DNA of 64,000 nt, from contig CAXNJO010000002.1 in assembly GCA_964202905.1 (NCBI GenBank), positions 640,001 to 704,000 on the forward strand, written 5' to 3'. This document shows positions 44,684 to 55,562 of the stretch, piece by piece (position 1 is the stretch's first letter; every line of letters starts with the position of its first letter). The position numbers were made by a program, and so were the translations under genes. The stretch is from Polyangiales bacterium (lineage in GTDB: Bacteria > Myxococcota_A > Polyangia > Polyangiales > JADJQN01). The notes under the pieces are model-generated. The model saw only the letters and a list, made by a program, of their open reading frames with translations, searched no databases and was not told where the DNA came from.

Positions 44684-45459
44684 AGGAACCGCCTCGCTCT
44701 CGACATCGCGTCGAGCTCCGTCTGCATGGCCTCGCGCACGCGCGCGTCGACGTCTTCCACGCGGCCGTCGTGAGGATCGATCGGCGGCAGCACGCGCGTC
44801 ACGATCTTCGTCGGCAGCGGGAGATAGCCGGGGAGCGGGCCCACCCAGAAGCCCCACGGCACGCTCCACGTGAGCGGCAGCACCTTGATCCGGCGGGCGC
44901 TCGCCACCCCCAGCCGGCGCGCGAGGGCGCGCCCCTCTGCGAAGATGACGAGCGCCTCGTGTCCGCCGACGCTGACGACGGGTACGATCGGCACACCCGC
45001 CTCGCGCGCGAGTTCGACGTAGCCCGTGCGCCCCGCGAACTCGATGCGGCCGCGGCGCCAGAAGCTGCGGCACGCGTCGTGATCGCCGCCCGGATAGACG
45101 GTGACGGCACAGCCCGCGCGCAGCGCCGCGAGGCCGCGCGCGTGGCTTGCGCGCAGCGCCCCCATCTTCGCGACGAAGCGCGCGACGCGCGCGGGATACA
45201 CCGAAAACATCGCGTCGTGCGCGAGCGTGCACAGGGGCGTCGTGCGGCCCGCGGTGTGGTACGCGGCGACCCACACGAGCGTGTCGGGGATCATCGCGGC
45301 CCCCGAGTGGTTGCCGACGAAGAGCACGGGGCGATCGGGCACCGCCGCGAGACCGTGCACCTCCGCGCGAAACCAACATCGCAACCAGCGCGCGGTGCGC
45401 GGCGCGTGCCGCGCGACGTACGCGGGATCGTAGGCGCCGACCTCCCCGAACTCCGTCAT
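44680..45459 (-). CDS. Lysophospholipid acyltransferase family protein (PlsC/DGAT-like)
   Basis: VLFVGNHSG, VYPGGD, GRTGYVELAREAGVPIVPV and PLPTKI. Confidence 0.88.
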   Translation of the reverse strand: MTEFGEVGAYDPAYVARHAPRTARWLRCWFRAEVHGLAAVPDRPVLFVGNHSGAAMIPDTLVWVAAYHTAGRTTPLCTLAHDAMFSVYPARVARFVAKMGALRASHARGLAALRAGCAVTVYPGGDHDACRSFWRRGRIEFAGRTGYVELAREAGVPIVPVVSVGGHEALVIFAEGRALARRLGVASARRIKVLPLTWSVPWGFWVGPLPGYLPLPTKIVTRVLPPIDPHDGRVEDVDARVREAMQTELDAMSRARRFL

Positions 45460-45779
45460 CGGTAGAAGTCCAGCGGCGGCCAGTCGGGCAGCGTCGCGCA
45501 CCAGGCGGCGAAGCCGACGAGGGTGACGAAGCGCGGGTCGAGATCGAGCGGATCGGGATAGCGGAACTGCTCGGCGTCACCCGCGAGCTCGACGAGCCGC
45601 GCGTGGTAGCCGGGCCAGCTCGTGAGCGAGACGAGATAAGGCGCCCAGCGCGTCTCGCCGTCGACGACCCGGCGCGCCTCGTCGCGCAGCAGCGCCAGCC
45701 CGCCGGGGTGCGATTGCAGGAGTTGCAGGTCGTAACCGAGGAAGGCGTCCTCGTGATAGACGCTGAGCAGGTGCCGCAC
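45456..45779 (-). CDS. Hypothetical protein (a coupled ATG at 45815 is separated from it by an in-frame TAG)
   Basis: It fills the gap in a translationally coupled operon and has coding-like composition. Confidence 0.6.
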   Translation of the reverse strand: MRHLLSVYHEDAFLGYDLQLLQSHPGGLALLRDEARRVVDGETRWAPYLVSLTSWPGYHARLVELAGDAEQFRYPDPLDLDPRFVTLVGFAAWCATLPDWPPLDFYR

Positions 45780-45811
45780 GATCTACGCGGGCCGCTCCTC
45801 GCGACCGCCGC

Positions 45812-46834
45812 TCATCGCATCCCTCCCGCGTCATGGGCCAGGCCGCGCCGGACGACGCCCACGAGATCCGGCCCGAGCAGCGACGAGAACGGCACGCCGC
45901 ACGCCTCGACGAAGACCTGCACGACGCGCGGCGCGAAGCGCGTGAAGCTCGCGAACGCACGCGGCTCCCACGTACCCGGCAGCGTGGATTTGAGCGCATC
46001 CAGGCGGCGCAAGTAATCCACGTGCGAGAGGCGCCGTTCCATCCAGTCGAACCGCATCGCGAGCGCACGCGACGCGCCCTCCGGGTGCGCGAGCCGATGC
46101 AGCGGCGCGAAGCCCACCGCGAGCGACGTGCCCTCCGCAGCGAGCGTCGCGGAGAGCGTATGCACGACGCTCCACCACACGCCCCACTGTTTCGTCCTGC
46201 GAAAGCGCAGCACGTCCATTAGCCCCCCGCATACGACACCCTCTTTCCAGATGGCGTTGATGACCGCGAAGCCAAGGATCGATTCGCCCTGCGCGAGGAG
46301 GAACATGCGCCGCGTTCCGTCGTCGACACTCGACCAGGGTCGATTGAGAAACACGATCTCGCGACCGACATCCGTCCGATCGATGGACTCGCGCGAGATG
46401 GCATCGAGTTGCTCACGCAGGCCTGCATCGAGTCCCGCGAGCGACACTTCGCGCAGCGCGAAGTCGTGCCGCGTCGCGTGGCGGAGGGCGCCGCGCACCG
46501 CCTTCGGCGGCTCGCGGAGCAACGCATCCGCGTCGAGCACGCGATCCTGCCCCATCGCTGCGGTGTGCAACCCTTCCCGCGCGCACGCCTCGGCGAACGG
46601 CGCACGCAGATAGAAGAGCATTGGTTTCCGCGCGACGCGCAGGAAGCGCCGCAACATCTCCGCGCGATCTCCGGGCGCGCACCAGGGCCCGCCGAGCGTC
46701 GCGTGCACGTCGCCGACGCGCCGATACGCCCAGCAGCCGAACGACGTCTCGAAGTGCGCGAGCCCCGGCGCGAGCGTCGCGCAGGCGATCAGATCGCCGT
46801 CGCCGAAGCGCTCGACGAACGCGCGTGCGCCCAT
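45812..46834 (-). CDS. DUF2156 / MprF C-terminal-like aminoacyl-tRNA-dependent transferase domain protein
   Basis: WAYRRVGDVHATLGGPWCAP, VRGALRHATR, ILGFAVINAI and MDVLRFR resemble the LPG-synthase C-terminal GNAT-like domain. Confidence 0.6.
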   Translation of the reverse strand: MGARAFVERFGDGDLIACATLAPGLAHFETSFGCWAYRRVGDVHATLGGPWCAPGDRAEMLRRFLRVARKPMLFYLRAPFAEACAREGLHTAAMGQDRVLDADALLREPPKAVRGALRHATRHDFALREVSLAGLDAGLREQLDAISRESIDRTDVGREIVFLNRPWSSVDDGTRRMFLLAQGESILGFAVINAIWKEGVVCGGLMDVLRFRRTKQWGVWWSVVHTLSATLAAEGTSLAVGFAPLHRLAHPEGASRALAMRFDWMERRLSHVDYLRRLDALKSTLPGTWEPRAFASFTRFAPRVVQVFVEACGVPFSSLLGPDLVGVVRRGLAHDAGGMR

Positions 46835-47769
46835 CAATCCGGCTCCGCGAGCACCTTCCGCACGATGTCGTCCTTCGAGACGAAGACGGGATGGAGCTCG
46901 CCGAGGTCGTAGTGATCGCCGAGCTCGAAGAGGCCGCCGCACACATCGTTGAGCGTGCACGCACCGCAGACATCCGCCTTCGGGTGCGTGAAGTCGGTCT
47001 GCCGGATCGTCCCCTTGTCGTCGAGGAAGTGCACGATGCGCTCCTCGCCCTTCACGATCTTGCGCGTCTCCGTGGAGCAGTGCGCGAACTCGGTCATGTA
47101 ACAGAGCGGCACGCGCTCGACGCGGAAAGAGCGGCCCGTGCGGTGCAGGTGGCGCATCGCGCGCGCGAGCGAGAGCTCGAAGTCGGCGAGGCGGTGCGCG
47201 GTGTCGCGGTTCGTCTCGGCGCGGCCCATCGACGGGTCGAGATTGTTCCACACGAAGTGGCGCAGGAAGGGGAAGCGCGCCGTCCAGCGCTTCACGTTCT
47301 CGTCGAGGTGATCGGCGTTGAACTTGTTGATGACGGTGTTGATGTTCACCGTCGCGCCGACGCGGCCGAGGTTCTCGAGCGCGTCCATCGCGAGCGCGTG
47401 GCTGCCTTTGACGCCCGTGAGGAAGTCCTCGAGGTCGGGGCGGCACGAGTGGATGCTCACGTGGAAGTGGCGCAGCCCCGCGTCGAGGTACGACTCGGCG
47501 ACGCCCGGCTTCGCGAGTCGCGAGCCGTTCGTGATCATGCGGACGTGCAGCCCCTTGGCGCAGGCGTAGCGCGTGATCTCGGGGATCAGCTCCGAGAGCG
47601 AGGGCTCACCGCCGGTGAGGATGATCCCGAAATAGCCGCGCGCGACGAAGTCGTCGACCTGTCGCTGCGCCGTCTCGAGGTCGAGCATGTAGCCCGACGA
47701 GGGATTCGAGCAGAAGCGGCAGTACTGGTTGCAGTGCCGCACGATCTGCATGTAACCGAGGTTCGCCAT
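46834..47769 (-). CDS. Radical SAM protein, HxsC-like
   Basis: CNQYCRFC, LTGGEP and ITNG; C-terminal VPLCY...CGACTLNDVCGG. Confidence 0.9.
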   Translation of the reverse strand: MANLGYMQIVRHCNQYCRFCSNPSSGYMLDLETAQRQVDDFVARGYFGIILTGGEPSLSELIPEITRYACAKGLHVRMITNGSRLAKPGVAESYLDAGLRHFHVSIHSCRPDLEDFLTGVKGSHALAMDALENLGRVGATVNINTVINKFNADHLDENVKRWTARFPFLRHFVWNNLDPSMGRAETNRDTAHRLADFELSLARAMRHLHRTGRSFRVERVPLCYMTEFAHCSTETRKIVKGEERIVHFLDDKGTIRQTDFTHPKADVCGACTLNDVCGGLFELGDHYDLGELHPVFVSKDDIVRKVLAEPD

Positions 47770-47787
47770 GCTGCTCCGCGGACGGTA

Positions 47788-48930
47788 TCACCCGCGCTCG
47801 TCGTCGTCGCCGCGAACGTCGTCGCTCTGCGCGGGCGCGTCGCCCTCGAAGAGCGCCGGAAAGAGCGAGCGCAACGCCTCGCCGCTGAGCCGCTCACCGC
47901 GACCGACCTCGGCGACGGCCGGCACGCTGCGCCCGAGCATCGGCAACGCACGCCGCACCTTCGCGGGGGAAGGCTCGCTCGCCTCCGCACGGCGCGGCGC
48001 CCGCTCACCCGGCCCGACGAAGGCCGACGCGAGCGGATGCGCGCGCGTCTCCGCGGCCGGCGCGACGGCGGTGTCGCGCGGCGCGAGCTCGTCGCCGTCG
48101 AAGCGCGCGAGGTAGGCCACGTCGACGCCGGGGCACAGAGGCCGTAGCGCGCACGCGTCGCAAGCAGGCGCGAAGGCGCGCACGCCGTCGCCGAGCGCGT
48201 CGCCGGGGATCGCGTGGGCGCCATAGGGCCCGAGCAGGCACAGCGGCGCGCCTGCGACGAAGGCCGTCAGCCCGCGCGCGCGCGCCGCAGCGAGGGCGCG
48301 CACGGCGAAGGGCAGCGCGAGGCCGAGGCGCGGGTACACGCGATCGAAGCGCTCCTCCGCGCGCCCGGCGACGACGGGCACGGCGATGCACCAGGCCGCG
48401 ACGCCGCGGGCCACGACGAGCGCCGCGAGCGCGTCGAGCGCGCGGTAGTTCGAACGGGTGAGCACGGTCGCGACGACGACCTCGAGTCCGGCGGCGCGCG
48501 CCGCGGCGAGCGCGCGCAGCACGTCGTCGAAGCTGCCTGCGCGCCCCGTGTGGTAGTCGTGCACGGCCGCCTCGGCGCCCAGCAACGTCAGGTGCACGTC
48601 GGTGAGCCCTTGCTGCGCCAGCCGCTGCCAGCGCGATGCATCCATGAGATTCGACGCATTGCTCTGCACGCCGATCCGCGTGAAACCGAGCGTGCGCGCG
48701 GCGTCGACGCGCCCCTCGAGCGACGCGTCGAGCCCCGGCTCACCGCCGACGAAGCTCACCTCGTCGTGGGTCGCGCGGAGCGACGCGAGGGCCGCGCGCG
48801 CACCGTCCGCGTCGAGCGACTCGCGCGGCGCGAGTCCGTCCTGATCGCAGAACACGCACGCGTTCGTGCACGCCTGCGTGAGCGTGACGAGCCCGCGAGA
48901 CCGCGGCGCCGGAGGTGAGGAACTCGACAC
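47788..48930 (-). CDS. Radical SAM protein, HxsC-like; start uncertain
   Basis: CTNACVFC, FVGGEP and VQSN; APLCLL...CDACALRPLCPG. Confidence 0.88.
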   Translation of the reverse strand: MSSSSPPAPRSRGLVTLTQACTNACVFCDQDGLAPRESLDADGARAALASLRATHDEVSFVGGEPGLDASLEGRVDAARTLGFTRIGVQSNASNLMDASRWQRLAQQGLTDVHLTLLGAEAAVHDYHTGRAGSFDDVLRALAAARAAGLEVVVATVLTRSNYRALDALAALVVARGVAAWCIAVPVVAGRAEERFDRVYPRLGLALPFAVRALAAARARGLTAFVAGAPLCLLGPYGAHAIPGDALGDGVRAFAPACDACALRPLCPGVDVAYLARFDGDELAPRDTAVAPAAETRAHPLASAFVGPGERAPRRAEASEPSPAKVRRALPMLGRSVPAVAEVGRGERLSGEALRSLFPALFEGDAPAQSDDVRGDDDERG

Positions 48931-48997
48931 GCACCGCGACTCTACGGGGGCGCGACGCGCACGGTCAACGCGACGCGCTGCTACGCTGCGCCTCCGC

Positions 48998-49924
48998 GTG
49001 GCGCTGCTCGACGTCATCCTCGGCTACGACTGCAACCTCGCTTGCGACTACTGCACGATCACGCCCGCGATGCGCGCGCGGGCGCTGACGACGGAGCAGG
49101 TCGTGCGCGAGCTCCGCGCGGGGCGGGACGCGGGCTTCGACGCCGTCTCGCTGACGGGCGGAGAGCCGACCATCCGCCGCGATCTGCTCGGCCTCGTGCG
49201 GGCCGCGCGGCAGCTCGGCTATGCGTCGATCAAGGTGCAATCGAACGGCCTGCTCTTCGCGCACGCGCCCAACGTGCAGCGCCTCGTCGAGGCGGGCGCG
49301 ACGCTGCTGCACGTCTCCATCCACACGCACGAGGCCACGCGCTACGACGCGCTCGTGCGCCGCGAGGGCAGCCATCCGCAGATGGTCGCGGGGCTGCGAA
49401 ACGCCGTCGCGACGGGCGCCGAGGTCGTCGCCGACCTCATCCTGAAGGCCGACACCCACGCCGCGCTGCCCGACGCGCTGCGGTGGGTGCACGCGCAGGG
49501 CGTGCGCGCCGCGCACCTCTGGTTCGTCTCCCTCACGGACGGAAACCGCGACAACGTCGCGTCGCTGCCCCGCATGGGCGAGACGCTGCCGGCGGTGCAC
49601 GAGGCGCTCGCGTACGCGCGCGAGTCCGGCATGGACGTGCGCTCGCTGCACATCCCGCGTTGCCTCCTCGGCGCCGATCACGGACACGCGTGGGACCCGG
49701 GCAGCGTGCGCGTGCGCGTCGTGACGCCGGAGGCGACCTTCGACCTCGCCGACAGCAAGCTCGCGGGCAGCGTGCACGTCGCGGCGTGCGAGGGCTGCAC
49801 GTTCCGCGCGGTGTGCCCCGGGATCCGCCGCGACTACCTCGAACACGTGGGCGACGCCGAGTTCGCCGCTGCGCGCGGACAGCCGGCGACCCATGCCGGA
49901 CGCGTGCGTCTGCCCGTGGCGTGA
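48998..49924 (+). CDS. Radical SAM protein, HxsC-like
   Basis: CNLACDYC, LTGGEPT and VQSNG; IPRCLL...CEGCTFRAVCPG. Confidence 0.9.
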   Translation: MALLDVILGYDCNLACDYCTITPAMRARALTTEQVVRELRAGRDAGFDAVSLTGGEPTIRRDLLGLVRAARQLGYASIKVQSNGLLFAHAPNVQRLVEAGATLLHVSIHTHEATRYDALVRREGSHPQMVAGLRNAVATGAEVVADLILKADTHAALPDALRWVHAQGVRAAHLWFVSLTDGNRDNVASLPRMGETLPAVHEALAYARESGMDVRSLHIPRCLLGADHGHAWDPGSVRVRVVTPEATFDLADSKLAGSVHVAACEGCTFRAVCPGIRRDYLEHVGDAEFAAARGQPATHAGRVRLPVA

Positions 49925-50001
49925 CGCGCGGCGCTGCGCTGCGATCGGCGACCGCGAGCGGTGACCGAGATCGGCGACCGCGAGCGGCGATGAATGGCGG
50001 T

Positions 50002-52369
50002 TCAGCGCGCGAGCGGCAGGCGGAACGGCACGGGCCGCACGCGGTCTCCCTCGTCGACGAGCCAGGGCGGCTCGGGTACGTCCTCGAGCTCGTAGAAGCC
50101 CCCGCAGAAGACGCGGTGCGGGCACGGGCCGCATTCTTCTTTGTGCACGCGCCGCTCCGCGAGGTAACCCGCGAGGTTCACGTCCTCGTTGTTCACGAAG
50201 ATCATGTGGCGGGAGAGCTTCGCGATGTCCCCGGCGAGGTAGCGCTCGTAGCCGGGCATGAAGCAGAACGGGAGGTTGATGACCTGGAAGCGGATGCGGT
50301 CCTTCCACGCGTCGATCACGCGCATCGCGATCTCCGCGGCCTCGCGCGTGTCGGGGTTCACCCAGCGCGTCGCGCGGCCGAAGGGCGTGAGGAACTGGAG
50401 GTTCAACCACCGCAGCCCGAGGTCGAAACAGAGCTGCGCGAGCGCCTCGAGCTTGCGGTGGTTCCCCTTCGTGAGGGTCACGTTCATCCCGAGCTCGAGC
50501 GTGTCTGGCGCGTGGCGCAGGCAGTTGCGGATGCCCGCGATCGTCTGGTCGAAGGCCTCGGCGACGCCGACCTGCTGCGCGTGCGTCTGCGCGTCGGGGC
50601 CATGCACGCTGAAGAGCAGCGTGGTCACGCCGCTCGTCGCGAGCTTCCGCGCGAAGTCGTCGTACGCGCAGAGCCGGCCGTTGGTCGTGACGTTGACGCG
50701 CTCGTAGCCGATCGCGCGCGCGTAGCGGACGAGCGGCACCAGCTCGGGGTTGAGCGTCGGCTCGCCACCGTCGAAGTCGACCATGGCGCACGCCCGGCGC
50801 GGCGGTACTTCGCGAGGTGCTCGCGCTGGCGCGTCGGGTGACCGTCGACCTGCGTGCGCGTGCCGACCGCACAGAACGTGCAGTGGTTGTTGCACACGTA
50901 GGTGACGTTCATGATCACCTTCTGCGGGCCCTCGCGTGGCGCGCAGCCGCTGGTCGAACGTCCACCGGAAGCGGCGCGAGCGCCTCGGGCGTGACGGCTC
51001 ATGTCGGGCTGGCGCGGGCACGCGTCTGGAAGCGCCGGCCCCCAGTCGTCGCACGACGGGGAGCGCGCGGCCGTGCGCGAGCTGCCGTGCCCGGCAGCGG
51101 CGTCGCGAACTGCACCGCGGGGAACGCGCCGTAGCGCTCGTAGAGATCGATGCGCGACGCGCGAGCGTCGCGTTGATCTCCTCGGCGCTCTCGCCGGGCA
51201 GCCCGATGATCCAGTGGATCAGCAGCGGCGACGCCCGCGGCCTGTGCGCGTTCTGCGCGGCGGCGTACGATGGCACGCGAGGTCGAGCCGCTTCTTCACG
51301 ACCTCCGTCACGACGCGCTGCGACGCCGCTCTCGGCGCTCACGCTCACCGTCGTCGACGCGGCCCGCGCATGCGCCCGAAGTGGCGCGGGCTCGAGGTAG
51401 TCGGCGCGCATGCCGTTCGGCACGTCGAAGCGCACGTCGAGCGCGTCGACGGCGTCGAGCACGGCTTCGAAGTGGCGCTCGCTCACGTTGACGAGCTCGT
51501 CGAGGACCTCGAGGCGCGTCGCCCCGTGCTACGCGACCACGAGCTGCTCGAGGTACGCGCGCAGGCGCGCCTCCGGAGTAGCGGCGCTGCGTCTTCGGGG
51601 CGCCGCGGCAGCGCGCTCCGGGTTCGAGCGAGCAGTGGACGCACGTGAACGGACAGCCGCGCGAGGTGACGAGCGGCAGCGTGCGACCGTCGATCGGGAA
51701 GGCCCAGCGCGCGCGTCCGAGGTTCTGGACCGTGCGCGCGCAGAAGGCGCTCGTACGCGGCCGAGATCGACGAGATCCCACGCGGGGAACGGCAGCGTGT
51801 CGAGCGAGGGGCGACGCGCCGCGGTGCGCGCCACAACGGACGCTCGCCGCGCGCGACGAAGGCCTCGAGCGAGCGCGGGCACCGTCACCTCCGCCTCGTA
51901 CTTCACCCACGCGGAGGCCTCCGGATAGGCCGCAAACAGCGCCTCTGCGGCGGCACTCGACGTAGTGCTGCCCGGACTGGTAGCAGTCCGCGAGCAGGCG
52001 CGGCGCCTCCGGCCACGCGTCGCGCAGGGCGGCGAGCACGTCGCCGAGCACGTCGTCCCGCGCGGGCGGGCGGTGGAACGGCGTCAGCGCGACGACGACG
52101 AGCGCGGGTGCCTCCGCGCCGAGCGCGGCGCGACACGCGGCGATCGTGTCGACCACGGGCGCGCCGAGGTGAAAGCGGCCGTCGTCCCGCGGCGCGAGCG
52201 TCGAGGAGGGCAAGGCGAAGGCATCGACGAGCGCGACGGGATGCCCCGCCTCGCGGAGCACCGCCGCGAGCTGCACGGCGCCGAGGTCGGAAAAATAAGG
52301 GTAATCGATGAAGTCGCGCGCGATGCTGGTGGGCGGGTGCACCACGAGGACGCGAGCATGGGGCGACAT
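50002..52369 (-). CDS. Cobalamin-binding radical SAM protein apparently fused to a second HxsC-like radical SAM domain; multiple frameshifts
   Basis: B12-domain-like start VLVVHPP...LGAVQLAAVLREAGHPVALVDA, then TSRGCPFTCVHC, VPNGMRAD and IIGLPGE. These are followed by VCNNHCTFC, FDGGEPT, TTNG and LPFCFM...CGPCPHRVFCGG. Confidence 0.8.
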
Positions 52370-52404
52370 CACCGACAGTCTATCGGATTGCCCGCGCCGC
52401 GAAT

Positions 52405-54282
52405 ATGATGACGGCAATGCTCACCGAAGAAGCGCACGCCGCAGGGGTCGCGGACAAAGTCCGCGGGCACGAAGAGGCCGCGCACGAGAAGCGCAACTGG
52501 GTGAGGCTCACCTACGACTGCAACAACCGCTGCGTGTTCTGCCTCGACTCCGACACGCACGATGGCGAGATGCGCGACCGCGAGGACGTGAAGCGCCAGA
52601 TCCTCGAGGGCCGCCGCAACGGGGCCGAGCGCCTGATCCTCTCGGGCGGCGAGCCGACGATGCACCCGGACTACGTCGCGTTCATCAAGCTCGGCGCGCT
52701 CGCCGGCTACAAGAAGGTCCAGACCGTCACGAACGGCCGGATGTTCATGTACGAGCCGTTCCTCAAGCGCTGCCTCGACGCGGGCCTCTCGGAGATCACG
52801 TTCAGCCTCCACGGCCCGAACGCGCGCATCCACGACGCGCTCGTCGGCGTGAAGGGCGCGTTCGACGAGGAGATGCGCGGCCTCGAGAACGTCTTCGCGG
52901 ACGGTCGCCCGATCGTCAACGTCGACATCGTCATCAACCGCGGGAACGTGAAGCAGCTCCCCGAGATGCTCCGCACCTTCTACGACAAGGGCGTGCGCGA
53001 GTTCGACCTGTTGCAGGTCGTGCCGTTCGGCCGCGCGTTCACCGAGGGACGCGACACGCTCTTCTACGACCTCGAGGCGATGCAGCCGTACCTGCGCGAG
53101 GCGCTCGAATTCTCACGACGCCCCGACGTGCACATCTGGATGAACCGCTTCCCGCCGAAGCACCTCGAGGGCTTCGAGCACCTCATCCAGGACCCGTACA
53201 AGCTCAACGACGAGGTGCGCGGCCGCAAAGAGGAGTTCGCGCGGCTGCTCGACGAGGGCGTCGCGCTCGATTGCCGCGACCCCGGACGCTGCCGCTACTG
53301 CTACCTCGAGCAGCTCTGCGACACGCTCGATCAGGTCCGCGCGACGGTCGCGGCCCAGCGCTTCGACGTCGTGCGCGTCGACACGGCGTGGGAGGCGCAG
53401 CAGGGCCCCGTCTTCGGCGGCGATCCCGCGAGCGCGCGGCGGGCACGCCACATGACGGACGATGCGGAGAGCCCCTCCGCAGGCACGAGCATCGCGGGCG
53501 ACGCGGAGGGCTCCCGGCGCGCGCTGCCCGAGCGCCGTCCCGATGGGCGCGTGGGTCTTCCACTCGCCGCGGGCCCGGCGCCGCGCACCGCCCCGACGCC
53601 GACCGAGCTCGTCGCCGCCGCGGGCGCCTCGACACTGCGCCTCGCCGCGCCGGACCTCGCGCGCGCGCTCGCGGAGCTGCCGCGCGTCCCGACGCCCGCA
53701 ACGCTCGAGCTCGAGCTCGACGACTACACGGGGCTCGCCGAGTCGCTCGCGGCGGACGGCACGCTCGAGGGCCGCAGCCTCGTCCGCGCGCGCGTGCACC
53801 GCAGCGCCGACGCGCGGGCGCTGCTCGCGCTGCCCTTCGACTTCGAGGTGCAGGTCGCGCTCACCGTCGAGACGACCGCGTGGCTGCGCACGCTCGCGGA
53901 CGCGCCGGCGCGCGTGTCGCTCGTGCAGCCGACGTACGAGCGCCTCACCGAGAGCCGCGAGAACGACGTCGATCTGCGCGCGTTCTTCGCGGAGTTCCCG
54001 TACGCCGTGCCCGTCGAGGGCGTGCCGGCGTGCGTCACCGGACGGGCCCCGCGCGACGAGCGCGCGACGCTGGACACCGCGATGATGGACGCCGCCGGGC
54101 GGCTCGAGATCTTCCGCTACACGCGGCGCTACATCCTCGCGCACTACCGCACGAAGTCGCTCCGCTGCGGCCCCTGCGCGCACTTCGCCCGCTGCGCGGG
54201 CATGCACGTCAACTACGTCCGCGCGCACGGCTACGAGCTGATGCAACCCATCACGACGACGACGGCCACCGACGCGGCGTGA
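52405..54282 (+). CDS. Radical SAM protein, long HxsC-like form
   Basis: CNNRCVFC, LSGGEPT, VTNG, an internal CxxxxxCxxCxxxxxC and C-terminal VPACV...CGPCAHFARCAG. Confidence 0.9.
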   Translation: MMTAMLTEEAHAAGVADKVRGHEEAAHEKRNWVRLTYDCNNRCVFCLDSDTHDGEMRDREDVKRQILEGRRNGAERLILSGGEPTMHPDYVAFIKLGALAGYKKVQTVTNGRMFMYEPFLKRCLDAGLSEITFSLHGPNARIHDALVGVKGAFDEEMRGLENVFADGRPIVNVDIVINRGNVKQLPEMLRTFYDKGVREFDLLQVVPFGRAFTEGRDTLFYDLEAMQPYLREALEFSRRPDVHIWMNRFPPKHLEGFEHLIQDPYKLNDEVRGRKEEFARLLDEGVALDCRDPGRCRYCYLEQLCDTLDQVRATVAAQRFDVVRVDTAWEAQQGPVFGGDPASARRARHMTDDAESPSAGTSIAGDAEGSRRALPERRPDGRVGLPLAAGPAPRTAPTPTELVAAAGASTLRLAAPDLARALAELPRVPTPATLELELDDYTGLAESLAADGTLEGRSLVRARVHRSADARALLALPFDFEVQVALTVETTAWLRTLADAPARVSLVQPTYERLTESRENDVDLRAFFAEFPYAVPVEGVPACVTGRAPRDERATLDTAMMDAAGRLEIFRYTRRYILAHYRTKSLRCGPCAHFARCAGMHVNYVRAHGYELMQPITTTTATDAA

Positions 54283-54391
54283 TCACGGCGCCGCGCCCGG
54301 CCCGCGTGCGGTCGCTGCGGATCGGCCGCGCACCGCGTCGCTGGCCGCGGCCGCGCGCCGCGCGATCCGCGACGCAGTTCGGCCACCGCGG

Positions 54392-55480
54392 TCAATACAC
54401 GCCGTTGGAGAGCTCGACGATGTAGCCCGCACACGCGAGCGGCGCGGACGGCTTGCGACGCACGCGCACGAAGTAGTCGGCGCTCTGATCGCCGCAGACG
54501 TTCGCCCCCGGGACCGGCGACGGCGCGCACGGGCACTCGCCCGTCGAGCCCGGGCCAGTGCCGGAGAGGAAATCCGTGAAGAACGAGAAGTCCTGATAGC
54601 CCGTGTCCGCGCAGCCCATCGGGAGCACGCCGCACCCGCCGCGGAACACGGTGAACTCGAACGCTGAATCGGGATTCATCAGGAACTGCACGCGCACGTG
54701 GAGCGCGTCGCAGCTCGTGTCTGCGGTGTCCACCCCGCGGAAGCGGTACCAGACCTCGCGCGCCGCCGGGAGGGCGTTGCCCGTGACCAGCTGCATCTGC
54801 CCCGTGTCGGCGAGCTCGCCGAGGTCCTGCGCACCGGCGCAATCCGCCGCGACTCCGTCGGCCGGGACCGCGGCGCACTCGCAGCCCGTGTCGGCGCGCG
54901 CGTCGAGATCGAACTGCCCCGGCGGACAACCGCACGCGCCCGAGAGGCAGATCCCCTCACCGGGCGCGCAGAGCACGGAGGGCGCGGCGTCGTCGGTGCC
55001 GCCGCTGCAGTCGTCGTCGAGCGCGTTGCAGACCTCCGGTCGCCCGGGCGCGATCGCGGGGTTCGTCTCGTCGCAGTCCGTCGCCGCGGTCACGCCGTCG
55101 CCGTCGATGTCGCGGTCCCGCGGCACGCAGTAGCGCGCGCGGCAGAGGTCGGCGGGGTCCGGGCAGCCGCCCGCCGGCGTGCAGGCGTCGTACGGCACGC
55201 ACGTCCCGCGCTCGCAGACCTCGAACCCCATGCAGACGACCCCGCGGCACGGATCCGCGGGTCCCATGTCCACCGGCGAGGCCGCGTCGTCTGCGGCGTC
55301 CCGCGACGCGTCGCGCGGCCCCCCTTCGGCCAACGCCATGTCGCGTGGCGCACCGCCCGCATCGCCGCCGTCCCCGGCGCCGCTCGCGCACGCCGCCAGG
55401 CCGGTGAGGGCCGCGACGAGCAGACCGAGGGCCCCTCGACGTGGGGACGAAGCCGCGGGGTGCAGTGCGCGTGTCCTCAT
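54392..55480 (-). CDS. Cys-rich lipoprotein with DxDGDG...DCD...EVCN-DDDC (MopE-like putative metal-binding) motif
   Basis: Lipobox GLAAC and [37 protein letters not shown]. Confidence 0.8.
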   Translation of the reverse strand: MRTRALHPAASSPRRGALGLLVAALTGLAACASGAGDGGDAGGAPRDMALAEGGPRDASRDAADDAASPVDMGPADPCRGVVCMGFEVCERGTCVPYDACTPAGGCPDPADLCRARYCVPRDRDIDGDGVTAATDCDETNPAIAPGRPEVCNALDDDCSGGTDDAAPSVLCAPGEGICLSGACGCPPGQFDLDARADTGCECAAVPADGVAADCAGAQDLGELADTGQMQLVTGNALPAAREVWYRFRGVDTADTSCDALHVRVQFLMNPDSAFEFTVFRGGCGVLPMGCADTGYQDFSFFTDFLSGTGPGSTGECPCAPSPVPGANVCGDQSADYFVRVRRKPSAPLACAGYIVELSNGVY

Positions 55481-55562
55481 GCTGCCGACGATACCCCGCT
55501 GCGCGGAGCGCCGGCAAACATGTCACGTGGGAGTCGGAAGCCGTGCCCCGCTCCCGGACGGA

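Noticed and set aside
49943..49987. 19-bp direct repeat GATCGGCGACCGCGAGCGG between convergent rSAM genes
   Set aside because: There are only two GC-rich copies and no supporting structure, so no function can be argued.
54665..54678. Fifth TGAA-N6-TTCA match (TGAATCGGGATTCA)
   Set aside because: It lies inside a coding region (MNPDS), has a different core and is not at a gene end, so it is probably chance.
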